A DNA stretch of 60,658 nt, from contig JAGMCH010000060.1 in NCBI GenBank assembly GCA_023129255.1, positions 1-60,658 on the forward strand. Direction: 5' to 3'. Every line of letters begins with the position of its first letter. Position 1 is the stretch's first letter. The notes under the pieces were generated by a model. It was not told the DNA's origin, searched no databases, and was given only the letters and a program-made list of their open reading frames with translations. This stretch comes from Dehalococcoidales bacterium (GTDB lineage Bacteria; Chloroflexota; Dehalococcoidia; Dehalococcoidales; BS750m-G39). A program made the position numbers and the translations under genes. Positions 26,707 to 34,748 of the stretch are shown in pieces.

Positions 26707-26802
26707 TCACCTCCATTTGCAGAATACCTAAATCGTTCGCCTTGATTCTTGTTTATTATACTACAGTCCACTCCTTCAGGGAGACAACCTAAATATATAA
26801 AA

Positions 26803-28197
26803 TTACTCCCCCCTCACCCTCCCCACGGCTGTTTTCGGCTCATACTGGTTGGCGGCTTCCACCACCAGTGCCAGGCTCATGAGGAAGTCGTCGTGCCCCT
26901 CAGCCGGGCTGACATAGAAATTTACGGTCTGTGACGGGCGGAACTGACTCTTTGCCCTCTCCATCTCATTCCAGAACTCCCTATGCTCATCTGAGCCGTC
27001 TCCAGCGTAAACCTTCAGCCTGCCCGAGTTAATAGCGGCTAAAAGATTGAAGCCCAGCTCCGACTTCGCCCGCGCTGTGAAGGTAAAGGCTGAGACCTTT
27101 GAGCCGAGCGCTTTCCTTAAAAACGAGCTTACCGGCTGGCCGATGCCGGTGGCATCAACCACCACCTTGCGGCAGTGCCACACATTTTTGAGGATATCAA
27201 CCAGCCGGGGGTAGAGCCGGGTGTGCTTCTCGCCTGTCCACCAGTAGTGCTCAACCACGCATACCCTTGGCTGCTTCTGGATGTCGTCGCAGATAGAGAA
27301 GTCCAGCTCCCCGATGGTAACCACCGTGGAGTCCTGGTGCGGCTTGAGACTGCTCAAATATACTCCCTCCTCCACCTCAGCCTCCCCCGCCAGGTCGATG
27401 CCGGCAACATAGACCTTGCCCCGCTCGGACGAGTGCTTTCTCATATGCTCCCCGTTTAGCTGAGCCAACTGCTGCCGACTCAAAAAACCACCGCCGCCAT
27501 GGATGGGTAAAAGCCGATACTGGGTCAAAAACAGGGGGTGATTTTCGCCCAGACGCTCTCTTTCTGCCTCAACATAGGCTAGGTAATCAGGGTTATAGCT
27601 GGCTATCTCCTGCCAGTCATATCGGAAGTGGCGCTTAACACCGTCCTTCCTCTCCAGTTCAAGGTTGGTCTGCTTCACCTCCTCCAGCAGGGTAGAATCG
27701 TCCCAGGTAGTGCCGTAGTGGACGGTGGTAACATTGGTCGTTGCCCCCATCGGCTTGAACTCCTTGGTGTATTTCTCCCGGCTCACATCCTGCGACTCGT
27801 CTATTTCCAGCAAAATGTGGGCGGTGTTGCCCACCACATTGGCTGAGACATCGGCAGAGAGAAATATTGCCCTGGCATTCCCCAGCCTGATGATATAGCC
27901 CAGCTCAGCCATCCAGATGCCGCTGAATCCAGCGTCATTCAACCTATCCTTGAGCCGCATCATGGAGATGACTGTCTGCGGCTTGAAGGTGGGCGAGCAC
28001 TTCACCAGGTTCTGGGGCTGGGTCATATACAGGGTTAACAGCAGAAGCTCAAGCTGGGCTGATAGCTCATTCTTACCTCCCTGACGAGCCATTTCCACCG
28101 AGAAGGTAAGCCCCTTCTTGCCGAAAACACTGCTCAATATAGCCGAAGCCACCTCCCGCTGGTATGGTCTCAGCCTATTAATACTGTTCATTGACAT
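26803..28197 (-). CDS. Phage terminase large subunit
   Basis: 464 aa. N-terminal ATPase with LRPYQ..ARQGGKNE P-loop-like motif. C-terminal RNase H-like nuclease motif VVVDATGIG. Preceded by a terS-like gene. Confidence 0.8.
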   Translation of the reverse strand: MSMNSINRLRPYQREVASAILSSVFGKKGLTFSVEMARQGGKNELSAQLELLLLTLYMTQPQNLVKCSPTFKPQTVISMMRLKDRLNDAGFSGIWMAELGYIIRLGNARAIFLSADVSANVVGNTAHILLEIDESQDVSREKYTKEFKPMGATTNVTTVHYGTTWDDSTLLEEVKQTNLELERKDGVKRHFRYDWQEIASYNPDYLAYVEAERERLGENHPLFLTQYRLLPIHGGGGFLSRQQLAQLNGEHMRKHSSERGKVYVAGIDLAGEAEVEEGVYLSSLKPHQDSTVVTIGELDFSICDDIQKQPRVCVVEHYWWTGEKHTRLYPRLVDILKNVWHCRKVVVDATGIGQPVSSFLRKALGSKVSAFTFTARAKSELGFNLLAAINSGRLKVYAGDGSDEHREFWNEMERAKSQFRPSQTVNFYVSPAEGHDDFLMSLALVVEAANQYEPKTAVGRVRGE

Positions 28198-28225
28198 AAT
28201 ATTGTTACTCCCCCGTTTTTAACCT

Positions 28226-28441
28226 GTGTCTTGCTTCCCACCCTCCCACCCAATAGAGGCTCCGCCTCTCTTCAATTCTCTTAATTTTTCTTCCCCCCGC
28301 CCTCATAAGCTGCGCTTCTAAAACTTTCTGCCCTGCCCCCCGTTTTAATTGGGGAGTTTAAGAGGGGCGAAGCCCCTCTTTTTAATAATCCTCCCCCTCC
28401 CTTGATAAGGGAGGGGGATACAGGGGGAGGGTTCCCTAAAT
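28226..28441 (+). repeat. Composite multi-hairpin GC-rich repeat (C-rich/G4 module plus two-hairpin module), copy F1
   Basis: Contains CTTCCCACCCTCCCACCC, AGAGGCTCCGCCTCT and a second TTTTTCTTCCCCCCGCCCT module. Then GGGGAGTTTAAGAGGGGCGAAGCCCCTCTT (28351-28380) and CCTCCCCCTCCCTTGATAAGGGAGGGGGATACAGGGGGAGGGTTCCCTAAAT (28390-28441). Confidence 0.85.
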
Positions 28442-28444
28442 TCA

Positions 28445-28822
28445 CTATTTAGTGACGGTTTGTCCGATGCCGATGCCGAGCGGGATGGCGATATCCTTGA
28501 GGACATTGCCTATAGCCTCCTTCAGCCCCTTCCTCTGCTCTTTGCTGATGTTGTATCTGGTCCTGACCAGTCTCTCCAGGGCATTGGTCATCTGCAGAAT
28601 GAGCTGGATATTCTCCGGGTCATTCTGCAGCAGAGACTTTATCTTAACCCGAAGTAGGGCAATCTCATCATCAAAGCCCTCAACGCCAGAGGCTAGTTCA
28701 AAATCTAGCTGTTCCGCTTCGTCCAGCACTTTAGAGTAGAAGCCGTGTTTACGAGCGTTCTGATTGCCCTTTGGGGCGCCTCTTTTTCGCTTTACCTTTT
28801 CCGCCATCCGGTCTATCTCCAT
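28445..28822 (-). CDS. Putative terminase small subunit
   Basis: Basic N-terminus KRKRGAPKGNQNARKHGFYS, a motif seen in small terminase-like phage proteins, and position just upstream of terL. The start may be ATG 28807 (GGAGA RBS). Confidence 0.5.
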   Translation of the reverse strand: MEIDRMAEKVKRKRGAPKGNQNARKHGFYSKVLDEAEQLDFELASGVEGFDDEIALLRVKIKSLLQNDPENIQLILQMTNALERLVRTRYNISKEQRKGLKEAIGNVLKDIAIPLGIGIGQTVTK

Positions 28823-29030
28823 TCTTCAGTAGCCTGGCAGTAGCCAAGACGATGGTATGGGCGGCCAGGTCCCACCGTTTAGTCTCCACGGCCAGTCGCA
28901 GCAGTCTCATCGCCTCCCCCTTTCTGCGTATTTATAATAGCACATATGTTCTAATATGACCATAAGCAGTTGTCATGTTTTACCGGGGGTGAGCTGGTTC
29001 AGATTGCACCCCACCCCACAGCTACTTTAG

Positions 29031-29250
29031 GTTTTTCTTCCCACCCTCCCACCCTATAGGGGCTTTGCCCTTAACCCCCTGCTTTCAGGGGTGTTTCAGA
29101 GGGACATAGTCCTTTCTAAAATCTTTTCCCTCTTGAGGGAGACAAACATGAAAATGGAGTTTAAGAGGGGCTGACGCCCCTCTTTTTAAATATCCTCCCC
29201 CTTCCCCTTGTCAAGGGGAAGGGGGATACAGGGGGATAGGGTTCCCAAAT
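29031..29250 (+). repeat. Composite multi-hairpin GC-rich repeat, copy F2
   Basis: Contains TTTTTCTTCCCACCCTCCCACCC, GGGGCTTTGCCC, CCCCCTGCTTTCAGGGG and AGAGGGACATAGTCCTTTCT. Then GGAGTTTAAGAGGGGCTGACGCCCCTCTT and CCTCCCCCTTCCCCTTGTCAAGGGGAAGGGGGATACAGGGGGATAGGGTTCCCAAAT. Confidence 0.85.
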
Positions 29251-29298
29251 GAATTGATATTATGGTATAGCCGTTATAGAATAGGCTGGAAGTGAGAA

Positions 29299-29994
29299 AT
29301 GGGTGTTGCCAAGCAGCTTTATCAGCTTCAGGAGGTCGACTTAGAGATTGAGTCCAGTGAGCGGGCGCTAACCCGTGTTACCAGCCAGCTGGGGGAGAGT
29401 CAGGCGGTGGCTAGAACCCAGAACCAGCTTGAGTTGGAGCAGCAGCGCCTGGGGGAATCAAGGCATAAACAGCGCTCTGCGGAGTGGGAGATAGATGACA
29501 TCGTGACCAAGCTCACTGCTGCCGAAGAGACGCTATTCAGCGGCAGGATAAAGAACCCCAAGGAGCTGACCAATCTCCAGCATGAGGTTGATGCGCTGAA
29601 AGCCAGGCGCAACCAACTGGAGGATAAAGCACTGGAGATAATGGACAAGGTTGAGCAATCTGAGACCAGGGTAGCTACGATAAGTGATAAGCTGGAAAAT
29701 CTGAAGGCTGAGTGGCAGCGCCAGCAACAGCAGCTATCCGATGAAGCGGAGAAGCTCAAAGTCAAACTCTCTGACCTCGGGCATAAGCGGCAGCTACTGG
29801 CCGGCGAGATTGACCCACCGGCAATCGAGTTCTATCAGGAACTGAGAAAAGAAAAGGGGACAGCGGTAGCCAGGGTGGAGCAGGGGATATGCCGTGGCTG
29901 TCGGATATCACTGCCCACCACTGAGTTACAGCAGGCGAGAAGTGGCAACCTGGTGCAGTGCAGTAGCTGCGGGCGTATCCTGTTCTTAGCCTGA
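29299..29994 (+). CDS. Coiled-coil C4 zinc-ribbon protein (COG1579/DUF164 family)
   Basis: ~200 aa coiled coil ending in CRGC..(21 aa)..CSSCGRIL. Followed by RNase HI, a recurrent pairing. Confidence 0.75.
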   Translation: MGVAKQLYQLQEVDLEIESSERALTRVTSQLGESQAVARTQNQLELEQQRLGESRHKQRSAEWEIDDIVTKLTAAEETLFSGRIKNPKELTNLQHEVDALKARRNQLEDKALEIMDKVEQSETRVATISDKLENLKAEWQRQQQQLSDEAEKLKVKLSDLGHKRQLLAGEIDPPAIEFYQELRKEKGTAVARVEQGICRGCRISLPTTELQQARSGNLVQCSSCGRILFLA

Positions 29995-30006
29995 AGTAGT
30001 AGAAAG

Positions 30007-30408
30007 ATGAAAGCGAAAAGAGTGGTAATATGCACCGATGGTGCCTCGCTGGGTAATCCGGGGCTAGCAGCTATAGGGGCTACGGTAAAAGACGAGCAGG
30101 GTAGGCTGATTGCCCGTATTTCCCGGCGCATTGGACGGACCACCAATAACCAGGCAGAATACAAGGCTATCATTGCCGCCCTGGAAGAAGCAATCAGGTT
30201 GGGTGCCAGCCAAGTTGAACTAAGCTCAGATTCAGAGCTGGTGGTGAAACAAATTAACGGCAGCTACCGGGTAAAGAAGGCAGCTCTTAAACCGTTATAT
30301 CAGCGGGTGAAGCAACTGGTCGGCTCACTGGAAGCTTTCACCATAACCCACATTCCCCGTAAGCAAAATACTGAGGCTGATAATCTGGCTCACCTGGCAT
30401 TAAGGTAG
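30007..30408 (+). CDS. rnhA: Ribonuclease HI
   Basis: DEDD catalytic pattern: CTDGASLGNPG, NNQAEYKAI, SDSELVV, NTEADNLA. 133 aa. Confidence 0.88.
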   Translation: MKAKRVVICTDGASLGNPGLAAIGATVKDEQGRLIARISRRIGRTTNNQAEYKAIIAALEEAIRLGASQVELSSDSELVVKQINGSYRVKKAALKPLYQRVKQLVGSLEAFTITHIPRKQNTEADNLAHLALR

Positions 30409-30460
30409 CTCCTGCTGCCTTCGGTTGACTAATAACACCCCTCATACTACACTATAGATA

Positions 30461-30821
30461 GGTCAAGTAAACCGGGTGACCGCTGTGGTAGCTTGCTATT
30501 ACAGAGGAAAGTCCGAGCTCCACCGGGCAGGATGCTGGGTAACGCCCAGGAGGGGTGACCCTACGGAAAGTGCCACAGAAACACACCGCCCTTCAGCCGA
30601 AGGGTAAGGGTGAAATGGTGAGGTAAGAGCTCACCAGCGGCTGGATGACTGGTCGGCTGGGTAAACCCCATCCGGAGCAAGACCAAATAGAGGGACATAG
30701 GGACGCCCGGCCTGTCCCCGGGTTGGTCGCTTGATCCTTCCGGTAACGGAAGGGCTAGATAGATGGTCACCGCCCTTCACTTGTGAAGGATACAGAACTC
30801 GGCTTACAGGTTTACTTGACC
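30461..30821 (+). ncRNA. rnpB: RNase P RNA, bacterial type A
   Basis: P1 pairing of GGTCAAGTAAACC (30461-30473) with GGTTTACTTGACC (30809-30821). Universal motifs GAGGAAAGTCCGAGCTCCAC, ACAGAAACACACCGCC, GGTAAGGGTGAAATGGTG, GTAAGAGCTCACCAG, GGTAAACCCCATCCGGAGCAAGACCAAATAG and ACAGAACTCGGCTTACAG. Confidence 0.95.
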
Positions 30822-30911
30822 TTTTCACCACAATTTCTTCCTCTCCCAGCTTGGAGTTGAGGAAAGGGGAGTAACCGGCGGCTTTTAAGCATAATTAGGG
30901 CTAAAAATATA

Positions 30912-31220
30912 ATGCCAACAGCCCTCAGTGAGTTTGTCAGCCAAGCCGGTTGGGCATATAGTAGAGTGTCAGAGGGTCAATCTCCGGAAATAGCCAGTAT
31001 GGAAACAGTCGATCCAGTAGTTCGTGATTTTATCCTCTTCTGCGTTCAGCGTCAGGGGAAAGAGTGGCCAGCCCTCTATGATGAGATGTGTTGGGTAACT
31101 GGGCGTCGGCTGTTCCGGGGGCTGGGCTATACCGATTTAAGAAAGCTGGGGCTATCCTTAAGTCTCACCAGCATAGAAGATACCATTAGGATGGTAGACA
31201 CCGTCGCTGCTGCAAAGTAG
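30912..31220 (+). CDS. Hypothetical protein (102 aa)
   Basis: ORF only. No motif recognised. Confidence 0.4.
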   Translation: MPTALSEFVSQAGWAYSRVSEGQSPEIASMETVDPVVRDFILFCVQRQGKEWPALYDEMCWVTGRRLFRGLGYTDLRKLGLSLSLTSIEDTIRMVDTVAAAK

Positions 31221-31314
31221 CCTGGCTACCACATTTCACCTTTCTTTTCTTCCCCCTCTTTGATAAGATAACCTCGCTTGCTTAATTGAAGCGCTTTAAG
31301 GGAGAGTGAGTCCG

Positions 31315-32457
31315 ATGTCAAAAACGATAAAAATTATAACAATAAGCCTGTTATTGGCGGCTATTGTTGCCCTATCTTTCGGTGCTGGCTGTGTTCTAGG
31401 TAGCAGAAACTCCACGGAGCCAGAGCCGGGTCTGGAGGTTGTGGAGCAGGCGTGGGACATAATCTTCCAGGATTATGTGGATAAGGACAAGCTTGACACT
31501 GGCACATTGGCTCAGGGGGCTATCAGGGGTATGGTGGAGGCGCTGGATGACCCCTATACCTCCTACCTGGATGCTGAAACCTACCAGCTGAGTTTGAGGA
31601 GCCTGGAAGGGAAATTTGAGGGCATTGGCGCCTATGTAGCAATTAAGGATGAACAGCTAATAATTATTGCCCCCATTGCTGATTCACCGGCGGATAGGGC
31701 GGGCATCAGGGCTGGTGATATAATTCTGGAAATCGATGGCAGGTCTACTTCAGGCATGAGCCTGGCTGAGGCTGTGCTCAATGTTCAAGGTCCCGCGGGG
31801 ACGACTGTCACCCTCCTTGTCCTTCATGAGGGCGAGACCGAACCAGAGGTGATTGAGATAGTTAGAGCTGAGATTGAGCTGCCCAGCGTACACTTTGAGA
31901 TGAGGGAGGAAATCGCTTACATCAATATCACCTATTTTTCTGAGCGCACTGCTCAAGAGCTAGCACCGGTGGTGGAGAGTATAAACCAGCAAGCGGCTAC
32001 TGGCATCATCCTTGACCTGCGCGGCAATCCCGGTGGCTTACTGGAGGCAGTGATTGATGTCGCTGGCTTCTTTCTGAATGAGGGGGTGGTGCTGGATGTG
32101 GTGGATAATGAAGGAAGGCATGATTCTTACTCGGTCAAGCCTGGCGAAATAGCCACCGACCTGCCTCTGGTGGTTCTGGTAGATGGCTATAGTGCTAGCG
32201 GCAGTGAGGTGCTGGCTGGAGCCCTGCAAGATTACGGTCGCGCCACCATTGCTGGCACCAAAACCTTTGGCAAGGGCAGTGTCAATATCCTGTGCCAGCT
32301 TACGGATGGCTCGGGGTTATATATCACCAACGCTCGCTGGCTCACTCCCCATGGTCGTCTGATAGAGGGTGAAGGGTTATACCCCGACTATGAACTTGAG
32401 CTTGAGGGCGAGGATGCCATACAATGGGCTATAGACTACCTGAGGGGCAATGAATGA
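31315..32457 (+). CDS. Carboxy-terminal processing (S41, Ctp/Prc) peptidase
   Basis: TM/signal segment. PDZ motif DSPADRAGIRAGDIILEIDG. S41 motifs LDLRGNPGGL, SASGSEVLAGALQD and GTKTFGKGS. ATG 31315 lies 9 nt after GGGAGAG; GTG 31306 is an alternative start. Confidence 0.9.
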   Translation: MSKTIKIITISLLLAAIVALSFGAGCVLGSRNSTEPEPGLEVVEQAWDIIFQDYVDKDKLDTGTLAQGAIRGMVEALDDPYTSYLDAETYQLSLRSLEGKFEGIGAYVAIKDEQLIIIAPIADSPADRAGIRAGDIILEIDGRSTSGMSLAEAVLNVQGPAGTTVTLLVLHEGETEPEVIEIVRAEIELPSVHFEMREEIAYINITYFSERTAQELAPVVESINQQAATGIILDLRGNPGGLLEAVIDVAGFFLNEGVVLDVVDNEGRHDSYSVKPGEIATDLPLVVLVDGYSASGSEVLAGALQDYGRATIAGTKTFGKGSVNILCQLTDGSGLYITNARWLTPHGRLIEGEGLYPDYELELEGEDAIQWAIDYLRGNE

Positions 32458-32869
32458 TATGAAAAGCTTATCTCTCAGGATATGCTTGATAGCCAGTGTG
32501 ACCTTCGCTACTAGTGCTGCCATTATCCGCTTGGTATGGGCGCTCACCAAACCCATGCCGGTGGTCAGTCTGGTGATTTTAATCCTGCTCACATTTGCTG
32601 CTCTTGGCATCTATGCTCTTATCCTCTATCTCACTATCAAGCCCAGCCTGAAGAAGCTTATCAGTCTGCCGGTGGCAATATCGGTTACAATAGTATTTAC
32701 TGGCGCTCTGGCTGGTGCCACCATTCACTATATTCGTTTTGTTCCCTCGCCTGAGGTGGCTTCACCCCTTAGTGTAGTAATGGCCAGCCTGCTCCTGGCC
32801 GCTGGTATTAGTGCCTATCTGCTGGTGCTATGGGGCATCTGGAAGGCTCGGAAGACCAAGGGGAAGTGA
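32450..32869 (+). CDS. Hypothetical polytopic membrane protein (139 aa)
   Basis: Four hydrophobic helices. Overlaps the ctp stop by 8 nt. Confidence 0.55.
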   Translation: MNDMKSLSLRICLIASVTFATSAAIIRLVWALTKPMPVVSLVILILLTFAALGIYALILYLTIKPSLKKLISLPVAISVTIVFTGALAGATIHYIRFVPSPEVASPLSVVMASLLLAAGISAYLLVLWGIWKARKTKGK

Positions 32870-32882
32870 TAGAGATAAGGCT

Positions 32883-33260
32883 ATGGACAGAGGAAAATTT
32901 GAGTGGCTGGTGGCAAGGGTAGTTGATAGCTTACCTGATGAGTTTCGCACCAGGCTGGAAAACATTGATGTGGTGGTGGAGGATTGGCCGACTCAAAGTC
33001 AACTGGCTGAGGTTGGGCTGGGGGGCGGCCAAACCCTGCTTGGTCTTTACCAGGGTGTGCCCCTAACCAAGCGAGGCAAACATTATGGGCTGGTGCCGCC
33101 GGATAAAATAACTATTTTTCAGAAGCCGATTGAGGCTAAATGCAGAGGTGACGCCAGGATTGCGGCTGAGATACAGAGGGTAGTCCGACATGAAATAGCC
33201 CATCACTTTGGCATCGGGGATGCCAGACTGAGACAACTGGAAAGGGGTGAAGCCCCTTAG
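32883..33260 (+). CDS. Zincin-like metallopeptidase family protein (DUF1025-like)
   Basis: HEIAHHFG (HExxH) near the C-terminus and a VVVEDWP..LLGLYQG pattern. Start moved to ATG 32883 to avoid overlapping the membrane-protein gene. Confidence 0.7.
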   Translation: MDRGKFEWLVARVVDSLPDEFRTRLENIDVVVEDWPTQSQLAEVGLGGGQTLLGLYQGVPLTKRGKHYGLVPPDKITIFQKPIEAKCRGDARIAAEIQRVVRHEIAHHFGIGDARLRQLERGEAP

Positions 33261-33269
33261 ACATATCGC

Positions 33270-34637
33270 CTATGAGCTTAAATCCCTGACCATATAGTCT
33301 CCCTGTAAGCTATAGCCAAATTCAGTGCGGTAGTATTCTCTGGCGCCAACGCCACTTAAGATTATCATTCTCGGCGCCTGAAATTCCTCACCGGCAATTC
33401 GCTCCGCCTCCCGGAGCAAGGCTTTACCCAGACCCTTATGCTGAGCTACCCCTTCTTTCTTCTCACTGAGGGGAACCTCAGGTCCGTAAACATGTAGTTC
33501 CCGTATCAAAGCCGAATTTCCATTGGTCTCTGGCTTGGATTGAATCCTCATCCGCAGCAAGCCAAACAGGGTTTCAGCTTCATCCTCAAAGGATAGAAAG
33601 ATTTCCCTGCCCCCTGAGGCTTCATAATCCATCCTCACCATCCGGGGCTCGCCTATTTCCCAGCCATCTCGTGCCCGATGACCATACTCCCGACAGCGGA
33701 TGCACTTACATTCAATCGCTCTCTGCTTCATTTGCTGCTTAATCACCCCACGCAGCGAGTCCTTGCAACCGGCGGTGATGAACTTGGCTGGAATATCACG
33801 CAACACCCGCGATATCCTGACATACTTGGGCACAATGGACTTAATATCAATCATCAGGTTGACCATAGTGCTGACCTCGTATGGCTGGTAGCGGTCTTCC
33901 CGATACCATCTCTCCAGCTCGGTGCCCTCGACCACCATGGTGGGATATAGCTTCAAGCCATCCGGTCTAAAGCGGTCATCATCAAACAGCTTTCTGGATA
34001 GCTCTAAATCATGCTCCGGGGTAGAGCCGGGAAGTCCTGGCATCCAGTGGTAGTGCACCTTAAAGCCATGCTCCCGGAGCAAAGCGGTAGCCTTGACCAC
34101 ATCCTCCACCTTATGCCCTCGCCTCGTCAGGCGGTAGATTTCATCATCTAAGATTTGAACCCCCAATTCCACCCTGGTGGTGCCAAACTGGAGCATCCTG
34201 TCTATTTCCTCCTGCTGGCACCAATCTGGTCTGGTCTCTATGCACAGCCCGGTGCAGCGGTGTTTGGCCGTTTCGTTGAGTCGCTTTGCCTCTTCCAGGT
34301 CTACCGACTCCTCGTTATTTAAGGCATCAAAGCAGTCCTTGATAAACTGGTATTGATAATCCTTGGGGTAAGCCAGGAAGGTGCCCCCCATCACTATCAG
34401 TTCAACCTTATCTGTTGGGTGCCCCATTTCGGACAGAACTTTTAGCCTTAGCTTAATCTGCTTCTTGGCATCAAAGCCGCACTTTATAGCTCGTAGCACT
34501 GCCGGCGACTCCGGGGTATAGCTCTGGGGAATAGCTGAGTAGGTGGGGCAATATATGCATTGTCCTGGGCATTTGAGGGGCAGGGTCATCACCGCCACCG
34601 GGGTAACCCCAGATATAGTCCTTGCAAATTTCTTCAT
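33270..34637 (-). CDS. elp3: Elp3-like radical SAM / GNAT tRNA U34 modification enzyme
   Basis: Radical SAM cluster CPGQCIYCP, central Elp3 core, and C-terminal GNAT QHKGLGKALLREAERIA. Start taken at MKKFARTISGVTPVAVMT (ATG 34637). Confidence 0.85.
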   Translation of the reverse strand: MKKFARTISGVTPVAVMTLPLKCPGQCIYCPTYSAIPQSYTPESPAVLRAIKCGFDAKKQIKLRLKVLSEMGHPTDKVELIVMGGTFLAYPKDYQYQFIKDCFDALNNEESVDLEEAKRLNETAKHRCTGLCIETRPDWCQQEEIDRMLQFGTTRVELGVQILDDEIYRLTRRGHKVEDVVKATALLREHGFKVHYHWMPGLPGSTPEHDLELSRKLFDDDRFRPDGLKLYPTMVVEGTELERWYREDRYQPYEVSTMVNLMIDIKSIVPKYVRISRVLRDIPAKFITAGCKDSLRGVIKQQMKQRAIECKCIRCREYGHRARDGWEIGEPRMVRMDYEASGGREIFLSFEDEAETLFGLLRMRIQSKPETNGNSALIRELHVYGPEVPLSEKKEGVAQHKGLGKALLREAERIAGEEFQAPRMIILSGVGAREYYRTEFGYSLQGDYMVRDLSS

Positions 34638-34748
34638 CTTATGCCATAAACAGTTTAGCAGATTAAAGCTGATGGCAACAACTAAAGTCATCTTTCAATT
34701 TATATCTTTCCCCACCCGCCGCCCTTAAGGAGGGGGGATAAAAGGAAG

